A DNA stretch of 63,117 nucleotides, filler included, from Rhabdomonas costata (taxonomy: Eukaryota), in NCBI GenBank assembly GCA_019059605.1. It is 30 parts of 30 records of this genome, joined end to end, with 100 filler letters (N's around TTAATTAATTAA, not from the genome) between each part and the next. Parts side by side here need not be neighbours in the genome. Positions count along the whole stretch, not along the records: positions 48,480 to 50,484 come from JAHMHO010006502.1; positions 50,585 to 52,590 come from JAHMHO010006503.1; positions 52,691 to 54,696 come from JAHMHO010006504.1; positions 54,797 to 56,802 come from JAHMHO010006505.1; positions 56,903 to 58,907 come from JAHMHO010006506.1; positions 59,008 to 61,012 come from JAHMHO010006507.1; positions 61,113 to 63,117 come from JAHMHO010006508.1; 23 more parts are not named here. One strand, given 5' to 3'. A model generated the notes under the pieces. The model searched no databases. It was not told the origin of the DNA and saw nothing but the letters and a program-made list of their open reading frames with translations. Below, piece after piece: positions 50,137 to 63,117 of the stretch. The position numbers were made by a program, and so were the translations under genes. How positions within the stretch are numbered: the stretch's first letter is position 1; each line of letters opens with the position of its first letter.

Positions 50137-53100
50137 TGTTAAGGTGGGCGTGAGCGCACCCATGAACGTGCGTGCGCGTTGGGGGCGGGGATTTCAGAAG
50201 AGAGATGAAGGACTCGGGAAATGACGTTACAAAAGCGTCAAAGAAATTGCGCGCAAGCTTATGGAAACAGTCGGCTGGCGTTTCAAGAGGGTTGTTGTTT
50301 GCATACAACACCTTACGCATTTTTTGGTCTCGCTCACACCCACTCTTAGTTTCCCCTTTAGCAGCGAAAAGGAAGCATCCAGCGACTCACAAAACAAAAG
50401 CGGTCAGATCCGAATTCAAACCAGTTTTATCTACCAGAGAGAAATGGAAAAACGAAACGTATGGGATGGGATGGCCCCACCAACNNNNNNNNNNNNNNNN
50501 NNNNNNNNNNNNNNNNNNNNNNNNNNNNTTAATTAATTAANNNNNNNNNNNNNNNNNNNNNNNNNNNNNNNNNNNNNNNNNNNNGGGTTTTGGGCTCTTT
50601 TGGTCCCAAATAGACTAGAAATAATGGAAACCACGTGGCAAAGCCACAAGAAAGTTAGGTTTTCTTTATTTTTGTGCCCTATAAATAGTGTGTGTGTTTT
50701 GATTTCAGAAACCAATTATATACCTTATTCAAACTCTCTCTACGTCGGCGCCCCGTTCACGCGCCAATGTCATCATCAGTATCAGCTGGTAGTAGACTAA
50801 ACAGGTTCGAGGTGTGCCTTGCCAGCTTTGCAGGTTTGCGTGCGGTTTCTGCCATTTTTCATGGCACTGCATCGTGCGCCAAGACGCTAAAAGCTGAGGA
50901 ATCCCGGCTATTTCCAGTGCAAGACGTCGTGCTCCAAGCCGCTGTACGTGAGACAAAGAAAAGCGTCGTGCTCCAGCTGTTTAAGTTGGAATATTACCAC
51001 ATTATGTTGGCCTCCCAATCACAGGCAGAACAGCCAATAAAGTTGATGGAGCAAGACACTTAGTTCTCAGTACAGTGCAAAGACAACAAGGATCACTTCC
51101 TGCATTGGATAATGGAGTTCAATATCACAAAAATAAGTGAAAGCTGCAGGATGCATTGGACATAAAGTACACACTAATCGCTTTGGTAGAACATTTCATC
51201 ATGCAGTTCACGTGTGACAATAGTTTTAGTTGGAGCTGTTCTTCCACAACACAACCCCTAGTTCTTCCAGCACACAAAGTAGTGGCATATTATTGAGTAG
51301 ATTACCCACTGGATCATGAGAAGTAATTGGACTAAGTTCCATTCCACAGTGCATACATACAAAATGTTCACCAAAGCGCAGTGTCACAATTAAATTGGTG
51401 CTGAAAAAGATCGATTGTTTGGAACATACATTAAGCGGAAAGTGATGAAACAACAAAAGTCACAAGCACACTATACAAGGCAGTGGAGTGCGCGTGGGAA
51501 GCTTTCATCACCACACAGTCCTCTATGCCACAACATGTGGCTGCTTTGCTGGCGGTGTGCCCGCAGTTAGATTCGCAAACTGCGGCTCAATGAACGCAAC
51601 CAATGCACTTGGATATTGTGAAGCGCACGCCGCTCGAGTTCACACCAATGTCCTCCCAAATTGGGACGAGGTCCCCGCACAATGTCTTTTCTGGAGAGCA
51701 TGTCGAGCAAACCTTATGAATGATCTGATCTCTTCATAGAGATGTTTGGCATGTATTCAGCGTGCAGCAAGATCTCGAGCATCGGAGCGGAGATTTGCAG
51801 AGCTACAGGAAGCGAGAAGAGGATGGCCGCTCCACCTCACTTTTTATTACTCCTCTAAGAGCTTTGTAAAATCTTCAGCTTATTCGCGAAATTCTTACAG
51901 CTTCATCAGACGACACTCGTACGTACAACTCTTCGGGAAAAACAGCGGAGCAGAGAGTGTACTGATTGCAAAGACAAAGCCAAAAAGGAGATAAAAAGCA
52001 AATCGGATAGCGAAAAATACGATTTCCGCTAGTCGACACATTCCTCGCTTGTTTCCAGCTGAAGAGCCTGTTTTTACTGCTGTGCATAAAACCACTGGGC
52101 TTTCATGTTTACCAAAAATTGAGAGGATTACAGAAGGTACGGGAGGTGAGAGGACAACACCACGTTTGGCGTCCTTCTCTTTGAGGAAGTCGGTAAAAGT
52201 GTGCGGTTGTTTAGTTGGGATTTGTCTACCAAACACAGTGTTCCACGCCACCCACAGTGTCATTGTGTTAACCTATATCAATTTATTGAGCTTGTTCCTT
52301 GCGGAAAGTGACTCTCAAAAATCTGAGCTTGTGGACACAACAATGCATAAAGATGACTGAATTTTGGCGTGCGGAGCGCCCAGTACCACCGCTGCTTGCC
52401 GAGGGCCATCCACAGTGATCCAGAGGCACCAGGTAAGTCCAACTCTTCTTAGATCCACCAGAGTGCTGTGAAGGAACTGAGTTTTGGATGTAAGGTACGG
52501 CAAATCTGAGTTGTTAGCGTAGGTGCAACTTTGAGCCTATTATTATTATTATTATATATTGCCACCAAACATCCAAACTCTCCCAACACANNNNNNNNNN
52601 NNNNNNNNNNNNNNNNNNNNNNNNNNNNNNNNNNTTAATTAATTAANNNNNNNNNNNNNNNNNNNNNNNNNNNNNNNNNNNNNNNNNNNNTGTGGGGGGG
52701 TGAGAGGGGTGATATTTTAGCGGACTCGGATTTGATCTTTTTTCTTTTTCTTCAGGCTTTACTTCTCTTTGTGAGGCGGTTCCATCTGAGGCTCTGGTTG
52801 GCCTGATGGCAGACTTCTTCGAGGCGATGTGCGAGGAGATTGTCGCCACAGGTGGGCTTCTGGACAAGGTAAAAGTGATGTTTTTTTTGTATCCGGTCAG
52901 TTCTTGTTGATTTTTTCTACACTGCGGCGCAGCGCAGTGTTGAGGATGAGGACGGCTGAGGGGAACATATTTACAGGGGTGGATGACAGCAAGGAGGAAG
53001 GATGAGGGCGGTATTAAAAGCGAGAAGCACACGAGCGGAAAAATCAAGGGAAACTTCTTGCATTTGGTATTCATGGATGGTTCATGGCTCTGGAGAGAAC

Positions 53101-56100
53101 ATTGGTACTTTCTAATTAGTCCCCAACCTGTCCCAACCAAAATGTGAGTCAACCTGTGTGGTGTTGGGACGAAGTGCACTGCATTGCAACAAGAAGTCCG
53201 TGCCCTTTGAACATCTAACGAGTAGAACCCGCATTCTGGAGCATGGCGCAGTTGTACTGTGACACAATGCCGGGTCTTCGGAAGCTGGATTGCAGTGCAG
53301 TGTCGGATTAAACCAGAGTTCTTTCGATTAACATGAGAGTTTTTCAGAGGTAGGCAGCGGGGTGCGGATCCGGGTGCGGCCACCCCGCAGTGGCTGCCCG
53401 CAGTCATAGAGATGAGCGTTGTAGCCTCCCCTCCGTGAGTCCAACTCGAGGGGGTTTTCTCTGGGCGATTTCTCTGGGCCCATCCTCTGCCTCCAGGGGT
53501 TGTTGTTGCAGCTTAACTCTTTGCCTTTCGCACACTGCGCCTCCTCAAGTACGGGAGTAACGACATTTTTTGTGTCGTAAGTGGTCCCCCATTGTATTGG
53601 TGAGGGTTGCTGGGCTGCGTTTCCTTCTGTTACTATTCTCCTTCTTCAGCGCAAATCTGTGAAACCCCACCTCAAGTTGTTGACGCAGTTCTGTATCAAA
53701 GCTTTACTGGAAAATCAAGTACAATCCAAACAAAAAGGGAGTCCAACACCCACCTGCAGCAACCACACTCACAACTCAAGAAAAAACCTTTGAAGTTTTA
53801 TTCAAAAAATTATTGTTGCATTTTAACTGGGACCCCGATATGTATTGATCATATACAATTCAACTCTCTGACTCACACTCTCACCCGCTTGTGGTGTTGG
53901 TGTTGGTGGTACGCCGTCAGCAGCAAGCTGTAAGCTGTAAATCTGGGAGGGCGAGATCATCGTGGATTGATGTCCCATTTGTGATGGGCCTTGCCTTCCC
54001 TTCCGCTTCAACAAGCGAAAAGTCTCTGTCCTTCGTGCCGCAAGCAGCGTGTGAAAAGATGCCGCGACATTTCACCAACGATGAGTATCTGCAGCCCAAT
54101 TCAGACGAATCGTTCTGCGGCCAAGGTTTGGTTCTGGCTACCCAAAGCAGGAGGTCGGAGCCTCAGTGACTTGAGCGGCAATGGAGCAGCGCGGGTAGCC
54201 GCTGGAAAAAGCAAGTTGCGGGACTTCAGCTTAGGTCCCGTGGGGCAGAAGGGTGCGACAAATCTTTCGGGACCAGAGTGGTGCAAAGGCACGGGATGCG
54301 GGTCTGTTTCCCAGTGACATCATGGTAGAGCTGGGTTGTGCCCGCCTCATCGCTGTTCCGAAGCCAGGAGGGCTTTCCGACATCCCTGTGGGAAAAACGT
54401 TGCGTCGGGCGGAAGACAAGCTGTTGCTGTCCCACCGTGGCAATGATCTGGGCAGAACCCTTATCCTCTGCAGGTGCGAGTCAGCGAAGCAGGAGAGAGG
54501 TCACCCCAACTGATGGGTGGAAGGTATGGCGGCGGTAAGGCAGTACCCCTCCCCACACCCATACGCATAGATGTGCGGACACGCTGCTGGACGACGGCGT
54601 GGCCTCCCCACAGCAACCTCGTGGGGTTACCTCCCCTCGAGGCTCGAGCTCTGTCTCGCGCTCCGCAGCGCTTATCCCTGTGGGCTCTACTGCCTCNNNN
54701 NNNNNNNNNNNNNNNNNNNNNNNNNNNNNNNNNNNNNNNNTTAATTAATTAANNNNNNNNNNNNNNNNNNNNNNNNNNNNNNNNNNNNNNNNNNNNCGTG
54801 CGAACCCATCGATGGAGCAGGTGATCCAAAAGAATAGATGGGAGCGAGTTGGACAATAACTCTAGCGACCTGCAAACAAAACCAAAACCACCGTCCCAGT
54901 ATCCGCAAGGGAAAAACGGAAAGGCCCCACACACCAGTACTCACGTTCCAGTTCTCTGGTGATAATCAATTTTAATTCGAAGAAAATGCCAGCTGGGCAA
55001 CTGCAGCGGGAGTGGGTCGGCCAGCGCCTGGTCTCTGAGCTGGTCTTGTACAAGACCACAAAAGGATCTCGAGTTATTTCCGATAATGCAGAGAATCTTT
55101 TATTTAAGCTTTTCGTGCATGAAAGCAAGCCACTGAAGTCGAACGAACTGATCGCGCGACACTCTGATATGCGGGTGCCCAAGTGCTGCGAAAGGTGTGG
55201 AAAAGGGAAATTATTTAGTTCCTCTTCGGCCCTAGCGTTATAATGACACACTTCACTGCTTTTTGTCCTTTTTGTCTCTCAGGGAGAACTGTCGCCCATC
55301 GTGCAGTGCTTTCCAGTGATCCTGTTCCGCCCGCCTCGGTCCCAGGAAACGTAAAATGACTTCGGGAGTGTTGGTAACCACCTCTGCAGCCGCATGATGG
55401 GTCAGTCATCGGGTGGCCTTCCCTGGACTTCGACTGCTTCTGGGGGTCCGTCGAGTTTTTCAGACCTAATGAAGAGGAACCGCCTCACGAGATGTATTGT
55501 TCAACACTCCGGAATGAAGCCCGTTGAAAGCACCTGTTGCACGTGCAAGGCTTGCCGCTCAACTTACCTTGCATCTGAGCTTTGGCGGAACCTTCGACGA
55601 GACGTTTGCTGCATACTTTGCTCTGCTGCCACAATTGCCTGGTGCATTTGGGTCGAGACCTATAAATAGCCGGTTAACTGAGTAACAGGGATCCGCAAGT
55701 GCACTGACGTACTGATTCGAAACGCAGCAGTTCTGTGAAGACGACTATGGGTAAAGGTAATACTGAGCGAGCCTCGGCGATATGCAATTGATTCGATTTT
55801 TATGCAAGGTTCGTCTTGAGCTCCGGTGTGTCCCTTTCTTGTTACGTCAGATTATTAAGGATTAAATGGTCTTCTTTGCGCAAGTTTGGTGACTCCTGTT
55901 GAAATTTCTGTGTGGTTGCCCCAATTATTCAGTGCCGCACCCAATCTTTTTTCGAGTAACGAATAGTAACTGGCGAGGGGGCTCAGCCGAAGCAGGCTTG
56001 GGGTCTTTTGTATATGTAGATGTTGTGCCTTGGCCTGTTGCAATGCCACTCAAGTCCTGCAAATAACGGCTAACGACCCTACGGAGATGTTCAAGTACAG

Positions 56101-59063
56101 TCTCTATACCACGAAGGCAGTACGGTTAACTCAACAGGCAGGTCATGGTACTGCAAAATGATCTCCTTGGCCAATTTCTGCACAAAAATCCTGTAATGTT
56201 CCAAAATGCTGCCATGATGGAAATAATTGTTGTCCTTCAAAGTCTCAGTGTACTCCAGAAAGTACTTCTTCCTATCCAACCAATTGGTCATTAAGGTAGT
56301 CATGCCACCAATCTGGAATCGGCCGTGATGCCTGCATGTATGAAAGAAGATTGTTCTGGTCGTTGGCTGAGCGGCCGCTTTGAACACTGCCTCTGTTGCT
56401 TCCAACTGTGGAGGAGCGGCCCCACACATTATGGTCACGTGAAGACCCTGGGATTTATTGAGGAAAAAACTGGAGATGGAGAAAACAACTAAAAATTTGT
56501 GGAAAAATTTGTCAAGATAAGTCACCAACTGAAGCGACGGAGAGTCATAACCAAAAGTGGTTCCGTATGTACAGAAGCAACTAACGCCGACGCCTGGGAC
56601 CGAGCAGACGATCCCGGAGGAGTGTATTCTTTCATATGCACAACTGGACATGCAGCAGGCCCCCCGGTCCTCGGGATCAGAATTTCCTGACCTTTCACCC
56701 TCGGCCGGTGGTGGTACCCTTTGGCGGCTCTTTCGTGATTCTTTTGCGCCGCTTCATGCCCCACGCCACGGCGGGCACCCACAACGTATGCAAAACCAAA
56801 CCNNNNNNNNNNNNNNNNNNNNNNNNNNNNNNNNNNNNNNNNNNNNTTAATTAATTAANNNNNNNNNNNNNNNNNNNNNNNNNNNNNNNNNNNNNNNNNN
56901 NNGGGTTGTGTGGATGCATCTGAAAAGTTAAATTTGAAGATATGTGGATATAAATGGTGGCGCAACGTGATATTAACAGGCGGCCCAAATTGCAATCTTC
57001 AGATGATCGGCTTGCTTTCAAATGCGAATTTACAAGAAAGTGGATCAGGAGTAATGCTACTGCAATATCAGTAGAGCAGCCATTAAATGCTGCACATTGA
57101 GGTTTCTATATGCTCTCAAAAGAAGGCGATTGGAGCAACAAAAATAGCTGTTTGACAACAGGCGCAAAAATGCGTAAAATATCATTAAGCAGAAAGTGAG
57201 GCGCTGGACTCGAAGATAAAAAGTGACTGTAAAAATCGAGCAGCTGTTCGGAGCAGCTTGGCGGCGTCTGTACGATATACAATAATTGAACTGTGACAAT
57301 CATCACACTCACATGATTAGAGTCGGTTGTATGCTTGGCTAAAACACGCAAAAATTCTGTTATGACTTCACTAGACCAACATATAGAAAGCTAATGGAAT
57401 TTTATGCGCCTCTGTGCTCAGAAACATACTGTACGTTTACGTTAGGCTCAAAAAAACAAATTAAAAATCGCTCTGACCTGCTTGTAAAATTGGAAACATC
57501 AAAGCACATCAGATGGATCACAACAACGTGATGCTACTCAACAGCTTCCATCTTAAATAGAAGGCAAGAAATCCGCAAATTCACTTAGAACACATTCTGC
57601 GCTGTTGTAGATCATAAATGATTAAAACCTTGTCTGGTTGTCTGGATAAGAGCGAATAATTTAATAATAAATTTGGCATCTTCAAGTTCCACGTGATACA
57701 ACAAACATATCGCCAGGAAAGGAACTTCAAAAGAATTGTGGGATCAGTGAGAAGATAACAAATAACACCCACACGCACGTGAAATGCAACATGGAAAGTA
57801 AAGTAAATAAAGGCTGTCAACAAAATGGAAATGAAATGAAATGTGTTGCAGTATAGAGATAAATTCTGCAAAACGTTTTGCTGAAACTAAAAGTGGACCT
57901 ATGCGCCGACAGTATTTTAACACAGCATACCAAAACTTAACAACTTGTAGTGGGTGCTGAACATCACCAAATCACAAATACAAATGCAAATCAAGGCACA
58001 ACTTCAAAAGTTAAACAGCACGAGACTTAGATATTATGTTCGTTTTATGGTGTTCAAGCACAAGTAATTGCTTAATGGTAATGACTTAATCATGATGGTA
58101 AACATGAAACGTAACGAACGTTTCATCATATTTTACAGTGACATCACATATGCTATGTATGGCAATATAGTTTTACAGTAATCTTCTTTTAAAATAAGGT
58201 CTGACTGGTACAACATTGTAGCAGTTGCTATTGAAACCAATATTGGATGGTTTGTACTGTGATAAACTTATGAAATTATCTCGTGTTATTTTTGTAAGCA
58301 ATTAAAACACTGACCTGTATTAAATCTTGACCAAAAATTAGCATCTGCAAAATCGATAAAATGACTTTCACTGGAGTTTATTTAGCTCTCAAGTGGATTG
58401 ATATTATCATCACGTAAATAGATTCAAAAACTACTAATGACATGACGCATGCATATCATTATCAATTCCAATCTTCTTACCGATAACACGCTTATAAGGT
58501 GCGCAATTATGTTTCACGCAAGTCCAAAATTTACAACTGATAATACCGTAGAAAACGTTACATTAGAAAGAATATTTTATACATCATCACTAAGAATGCA
58601 GCGCGTCAAAGAACACAATTCTATTACAGAAACGTTCTATTGTAGCTCAGGCTTAGCAGCAAGTATTTGATAAAAAGTTCCAATAATAATGTTTTTAATT
58701 TTTTTAATTTTTAAATAGAAAGGGGCTTAAAATGGACAATAATTCTGTATCTCCTTACAACCTTCCCTTGCCGGTCAAGGTTGGTACAGAAAAAGTGCAG
58801 GTCTGGAGGGACATACTACCACCATAGTCCGATCCAGCACTGACCATACGTGGACAGGGTGGTCAAATGTTTGGTAAAAATGCCCTAAAATGAGGCAAAC
58901 ACAAACCNNNNNNNNNNNNNNNNNNNNNNNNNNNNNNNNNNNNNNNNNNNNTTAATTAATTAANNNNNNNNNNNNNNNNNNNNNNNNNNNNNNNNNNNNN
59001 NNNNNNNGTTTTTGTGTCGCGGATGCGCAAAATACATGATGTGGCGCAACACAACAACCGCCA

Positions 59064-61012
59064 CGAGGAATCGCCGGGTCCTCAGGGGCAATCTCCACGG
59101 TGGTGAGGTACGTGTACACCGACTCCGAGGGCTGAAAGTTAAAGTCTCCGGCAAGGACGTATGGATGGAAACCCGCTAACTGGGCCATCGTCCGCGAAGC
59201 CTGCGTGGCGTGCAGCATCATCACCTGTCACAGAGAGCATAGCAGAGAGGACAGAGGATAACAGGAAACCAGGGACAGACCTGACAAATCTCGCAATGCT
59301 GGCCCTCTGGACCAGCTCTTGGATGCACATCAAATCAAGGAATAAATTAGCAAAAAAAAAATGATGATTCAAATTTTCTTTTGAGCACACCAGCTGGGTG
59401 GTCGCAACCCTGTCCGGGATTAACGTTATGCGGCTATTTTTTCAATTTCAACCGTGGAGGAGGGTGTGGAGAGAGGCAGAATCAAACGTTGCCCTCCACT
59501 GTCCCAGGTAAACATAACAAAAACAATGTAGCACACCCGCAACCGCCTCATGGAGAGGGGGAAAGGCAACTAGCATTATTAGAACTTCAATGTCGGGAGG
59601 TTCTCAGGAAAAGGGTTTTGGGGTAGATGCAGCAAAGGGGTTTCCGGCAACCCCCTCCCCCAAGCTGCGGGTAGGCCTCACAAAGCTGGTGCTCAATGCC
59701 CCTGTGAAGAGCAACTGAGAAGGAATTGCGTAAAATTGCGATTCAAAAAATTCAAACCATCTTGCGTGAAGGCGCAAGTCGCACTTTTGGCCAAACTTAC
59801 TTGCACGGGAAGTTTGGGTGGAGTGCTGAGCCATTCCTGAGGCTCGTTGTAGGCGCACGGCATGTGGTACGTCCCCACGCAGAATGGTCTCCGGCTACCA
59901 GCCCTTCCCCGCAGTCGGACGAAGACCAGGGTGTTCGCCCGCCGCCCCGCCGCCACAAAGGGGTCGTCCCGAAGCTCATGCAGCCGGGAGGCCAGAGAGG
60001 AGCAGGGCGAGGATGGCTCCCCGCTGATGCCGTGCCATGAAAGAGCGGGGAGGTAGTCTCTGCAACCCCAATTCCCATGGGGTACGCGTGTGCTCGGTAT
60101 CAGTGGGAGGTTCAAGTTGACAACTGGGGTCATTGCTTTCTGCCCCATTCTTTCAGCTCGGTCCTACAATTCGAATACTGATACATACGGTGTGCAACTG
60201 AGTGGGAAGCCCAAAAAAGCTCGTGTCTCTTGTTCGAGGCACGCCAGTATTCAGAACGCTGCTCTGCTACACTCACGGTGGGTTGGAAGGTCAGTGCTCT
60301 GGAAGTTGCCGACTGTGAAGGAGGTGTTCTCGGTCAACTCCAGAGAGAATTCCCTTGCACAATGTGTGTTGTGGTGCATGCATTTGGCACGCCCACTCCA
60401 CTCCCAACCCAGAATGCGGGGAAGAAGTGCAAAGAACCGCGCATCCTGCGGCGGTACACGCACAGCTCACCCCTGTGCACCACTCGGGCGGCCACGAGAA
60501 CCACCACACCTCAACGCTGACTGCTCTCATCCTCCATGCCTCATCTTTTACACCAGTGGGGACCACGTGGAGTTGAAAATGCCCGACAAGGAGTGTGGGT
60601 GGTTTAACCACAGTCCGTGACTGCATTTAATTCTAAGCGACTGCATCCATATGCACCGAAACGGTGATTCCTCACCATGTCATATGCCCCCCTGTGTGAA
60701 CTTTTGACAAAGAACAGCCACGGCTGCATGCGCACACGCCTGACGAGTCTCCATAGCCTGGCAAACGACCAACCAGGAGACGGTGGAGCGGTCAAAGGAG
60801 GAGTTGCCCTGCCATGGCTGCCCCCTGGGCCAACCTCCTGCGCGCCGCAGGGCTCCGGCTGCAAGCGGTCAGCCAGCCGGACGATTTGGCAGCGCTCCAA
60901 CTCGAACAGCGAGTTTTCAAACGCGATCCCGACCCCCATGTGCCTTTCGGAAAAGACGCTATAACCACATTTCATCCACTTGTGATTGTGATGCATTGGT
61001 TTTGTCACAAAA
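59064..61012 (-). CDS. Endonuclease/exonuclease/phosphatase (CCR4/Angel/nocturnin-like) family protein, partial
   Basis: MGVGIAF, NTLVFVRL, FCVGTYHMPC, VMMLH and PYVLAGDFNFQP (catalytic GDFN) across three exons. Confidence 0.85.
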
Positions 61013-61153
61013 NNNNNNNNNNNNNNNNNNNNNNNNNNNNNNNNNNNNNNNNNNNNTTAATTAATTAANNNNNNNNNNNNNNNNNNNNNNNNNNNNNNNN
61101 NNNNNNNNNNNNGGGGTTGGGTACAAAAATGTCTGGGTATGAAAGACCACAAC

Positions 61154-61970
61154 CAGGGTGGTGGATTGAATCAAATTTGGACATTTTTTGTAAAGGGAAC
61201 TCGCTTTGGGTCGTCCCACCCCCGGCCCTTAATCACTGCGAGCTTGCTTAAAGCACCCGGAATAAAAACGAGCAAGGTGGGGAACCCGCAAAAGCGGTCT
61301 CTATTTCCGCTCGCAATATGAAGCGCACATAAATCACAAATCACAATAAACGTGGGCTGCAACGGGAAGAGACGACCACGACGGGAAAGGGGCGTGCATG
61401 TAAATCACACAGACTTGTAGATGAGAGCGTGACAGCGGGGTGATGGGTGACAAGGAGAGGCGCGAGAAAGACAACCCACCCATTTTTGATTTTCGATTTT
61501 GATTTTTTGATTTTAGTGATGATTAAACCAACTGTCATGGATTTAAAGCTCCCACACGCATCAAGCCGGCGCCCTGCGCATCGCGTGGTTGAAGCAGATG
61601 AAAATTGATACTCAGAGAAGCTAACATAAACAGTCTTCGCAGAAGAATCACGAAACAACCTCCGGCAGAGCCGCACAGCGAGTGATTTAATAAAAAATCA
61701 CACTTTTCGGGGTGAATAAATCATTCATTCTTTTTTGAAGAAGAAATGTACGTCACCGTCAGTAAATGGTGCATTAGCATTATCAGCAGAAAACAACAAG
61801 CAACCAACAAAGCTTGTAAAGCCAACGGCGCCCGGAATAAAAACGAGCAAGGTGGGGAACCCGCAAAGAACACACTGACCACCTTCCCGCTATCCCCACT
61901 CGTAAAACTCACAGAATACACAAAAACAGTCCCGTGATTTAATCAATTTGATTAAATCATGACAATCCTG
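61154..61970. mobile_element. Non-autonomous hAT-like DNA transposon (MITE-like), ~817 bp
   Basis: Imperfect TIRs (CAGGGTGGTGGATTGAATCAAATT vs reverse complement CAGGATTGTCATGATTTAATCAAATT), flanking 8-mers ACCACAAC / GCCACAAT (6/8 identical), many GATTT/AAATC motifs, and no ORF. Confidence 0.68.
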
Positions 61971-63117
61971 GCCACAATGCCAACTTTAAAGGGCGTATTT
62001 AGCGTATTTAGGGGGAAATCACGTTGAATTTTTGAAAGGACAGGAGCGACGCGACAGCACGAACAGACCGAAGCACACAAGATTTGACTAAACGTAGGAT
62101 ACCTTGAAAAAACCGAACGTCAAAGTGGGTCTTAGGGAGTTGACATGAGGCACACTTCTCGATTCCCAAAGACCGATCCCAGCGAGATGAGCAAAAGGAA
62201 AAACCACGCCAGGATGGGAGACGCCATAAAGGGAGGTCTGGCAGGACGCGCACATAGAGTAAGGGAGAGAATCAGAGAAGAGGTGCCCGAAAAAAAAGCA
62301 TCTCTTGTCCTTCCGGCCGCACCATAGGGAGCGCAAGATCAGATGGAGAACGAAGCCCGCTGAATCCCAATAAATCTCGTTAATTGAGGTGTCCCGGCAG
62401 TTGCGACCACCGCCTGTGGCAAGCTTTTCCAAGCTGGTCCAGGATGGGCCGCGGAGCGCAAAAAGTTCCTAGGTGCTAAGATCGGTGAGAGGATAGGTGA
62501 GTGCCAAGTCTCAAGCAATGGCTGTTCTTTAAGTAATTTGGTGAGAGTATTCCATTCGGGATGCCAGAAAAAGACGATAGTTAACTCTATCAGAAATCAT
62601 TGACTCTTTTGCTCCACTTCAGGCAGCTCGTTGTCCGCAGCCGAATTCCGATCCGGTCTGCGCTTCAAACTCTGCATTCCGGCAGCACACCGGTACCCGA
62701 ATTGTGGAACGCCGACGCACTGGGCACGCACGCCTTCTGCCCAAAGGTCAGTGCTCATAAAGCGCCCGCTTGCCATTGACTTAACATCGTGACAACCACG
62801 GCACCACCTCCTCGATTGGGTCGCTGTGGCCAAGGTGAGGCGTAACTGTGACCCCTGTGCCAGCCTTGTGTGCGTGCGACGTCTTCGGAGCCTTCTGAAG
62901 CTGGAGCGGGTTGAGCAGTCGTGTGCGTTCCCCCGCTGGGCCGACGGAGAATACCTGCGGCTTCGGGCACGAACAAAAACAAAAAATAGCCCCGCTGCAG
63001 TCCCCGCGAATTACCACACCACATCCAGGCACCATGCCACTCTGTCTGCCCGCTCAAACGGACATCAGCAGCAGCCTGCTCAAATCAGCCGCAGTCCCGT
63101 CCCGCTCGGCAGCAGAA

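Noticed and set aside
56091-56651. HTCRHHG in a 186-aa ORF as a KDZ/CxC transposase motif
   Set aside because: Only a short motif. The other expected catalytic motifs are not visible and the ORF may span intron sequence.
2012-61112. Regularly spaced identical TTAATTAATTAA repeats resembling a CRISPR-like or nanochromosome system
   Set aside because: They sit inside N runs of fixed length and are artificial six-frame-stop linkers. ORFs ending in X...LIN are artefacts of them.
1-63117. Functional clustering of the glycosylation, redox and surface-protein genes into one system
   Set aside because: The genes lie on unlinked contigs that appear ordered roughly by length, so adjacency carries no information.

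Overview
This window is not contiguous DNA. It is a concatenation of 30 unlinked ~2.0-kb contigs joined by artificial 100-bp linkers (44 N + TTAATTAATTAA + 44 N), so gene neighbourhood across linkers is meaningless. The content is eukaryotic protist genomic DNA, possibly euglenozoan (inference): short GC-rich exons with spliceosomal introns. Most contigs start with G/T-only runs and/or end with C/A-only runs, suggesting degenerate-primer whole-genome amplification of a single cell. Recognisable gene fragments are a GT17/MGAT3-like glycosyltransferase, a GNAT acetyltransferase, malic enzyme, a periplasmic-binding-protein-type receptor ectodomain, RAD17, an ABHD13-like hydrolase, MsrA, a REJ-domain protein, an AMID/FSP1-like oxidoreductase, MROH1, a phage/NCLDV-like HTKG/GNFWW protein, tandem disintegrin repeats, a protein kinase and a CCR4/Angel-like EEP phosphodiesterase. 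Mobile DNA includes a hAT-like non-autonomous element and a CRE/SLACS-like RT fragment. The most notable signal is an apparently relaxed 5' splice-site repertoire: several GC-AG introns and two candidate GA-AG introns that both begin GAATG. I see no defensible multi-gene novel system. All family calls come from motif recognition by eye, with no database search.
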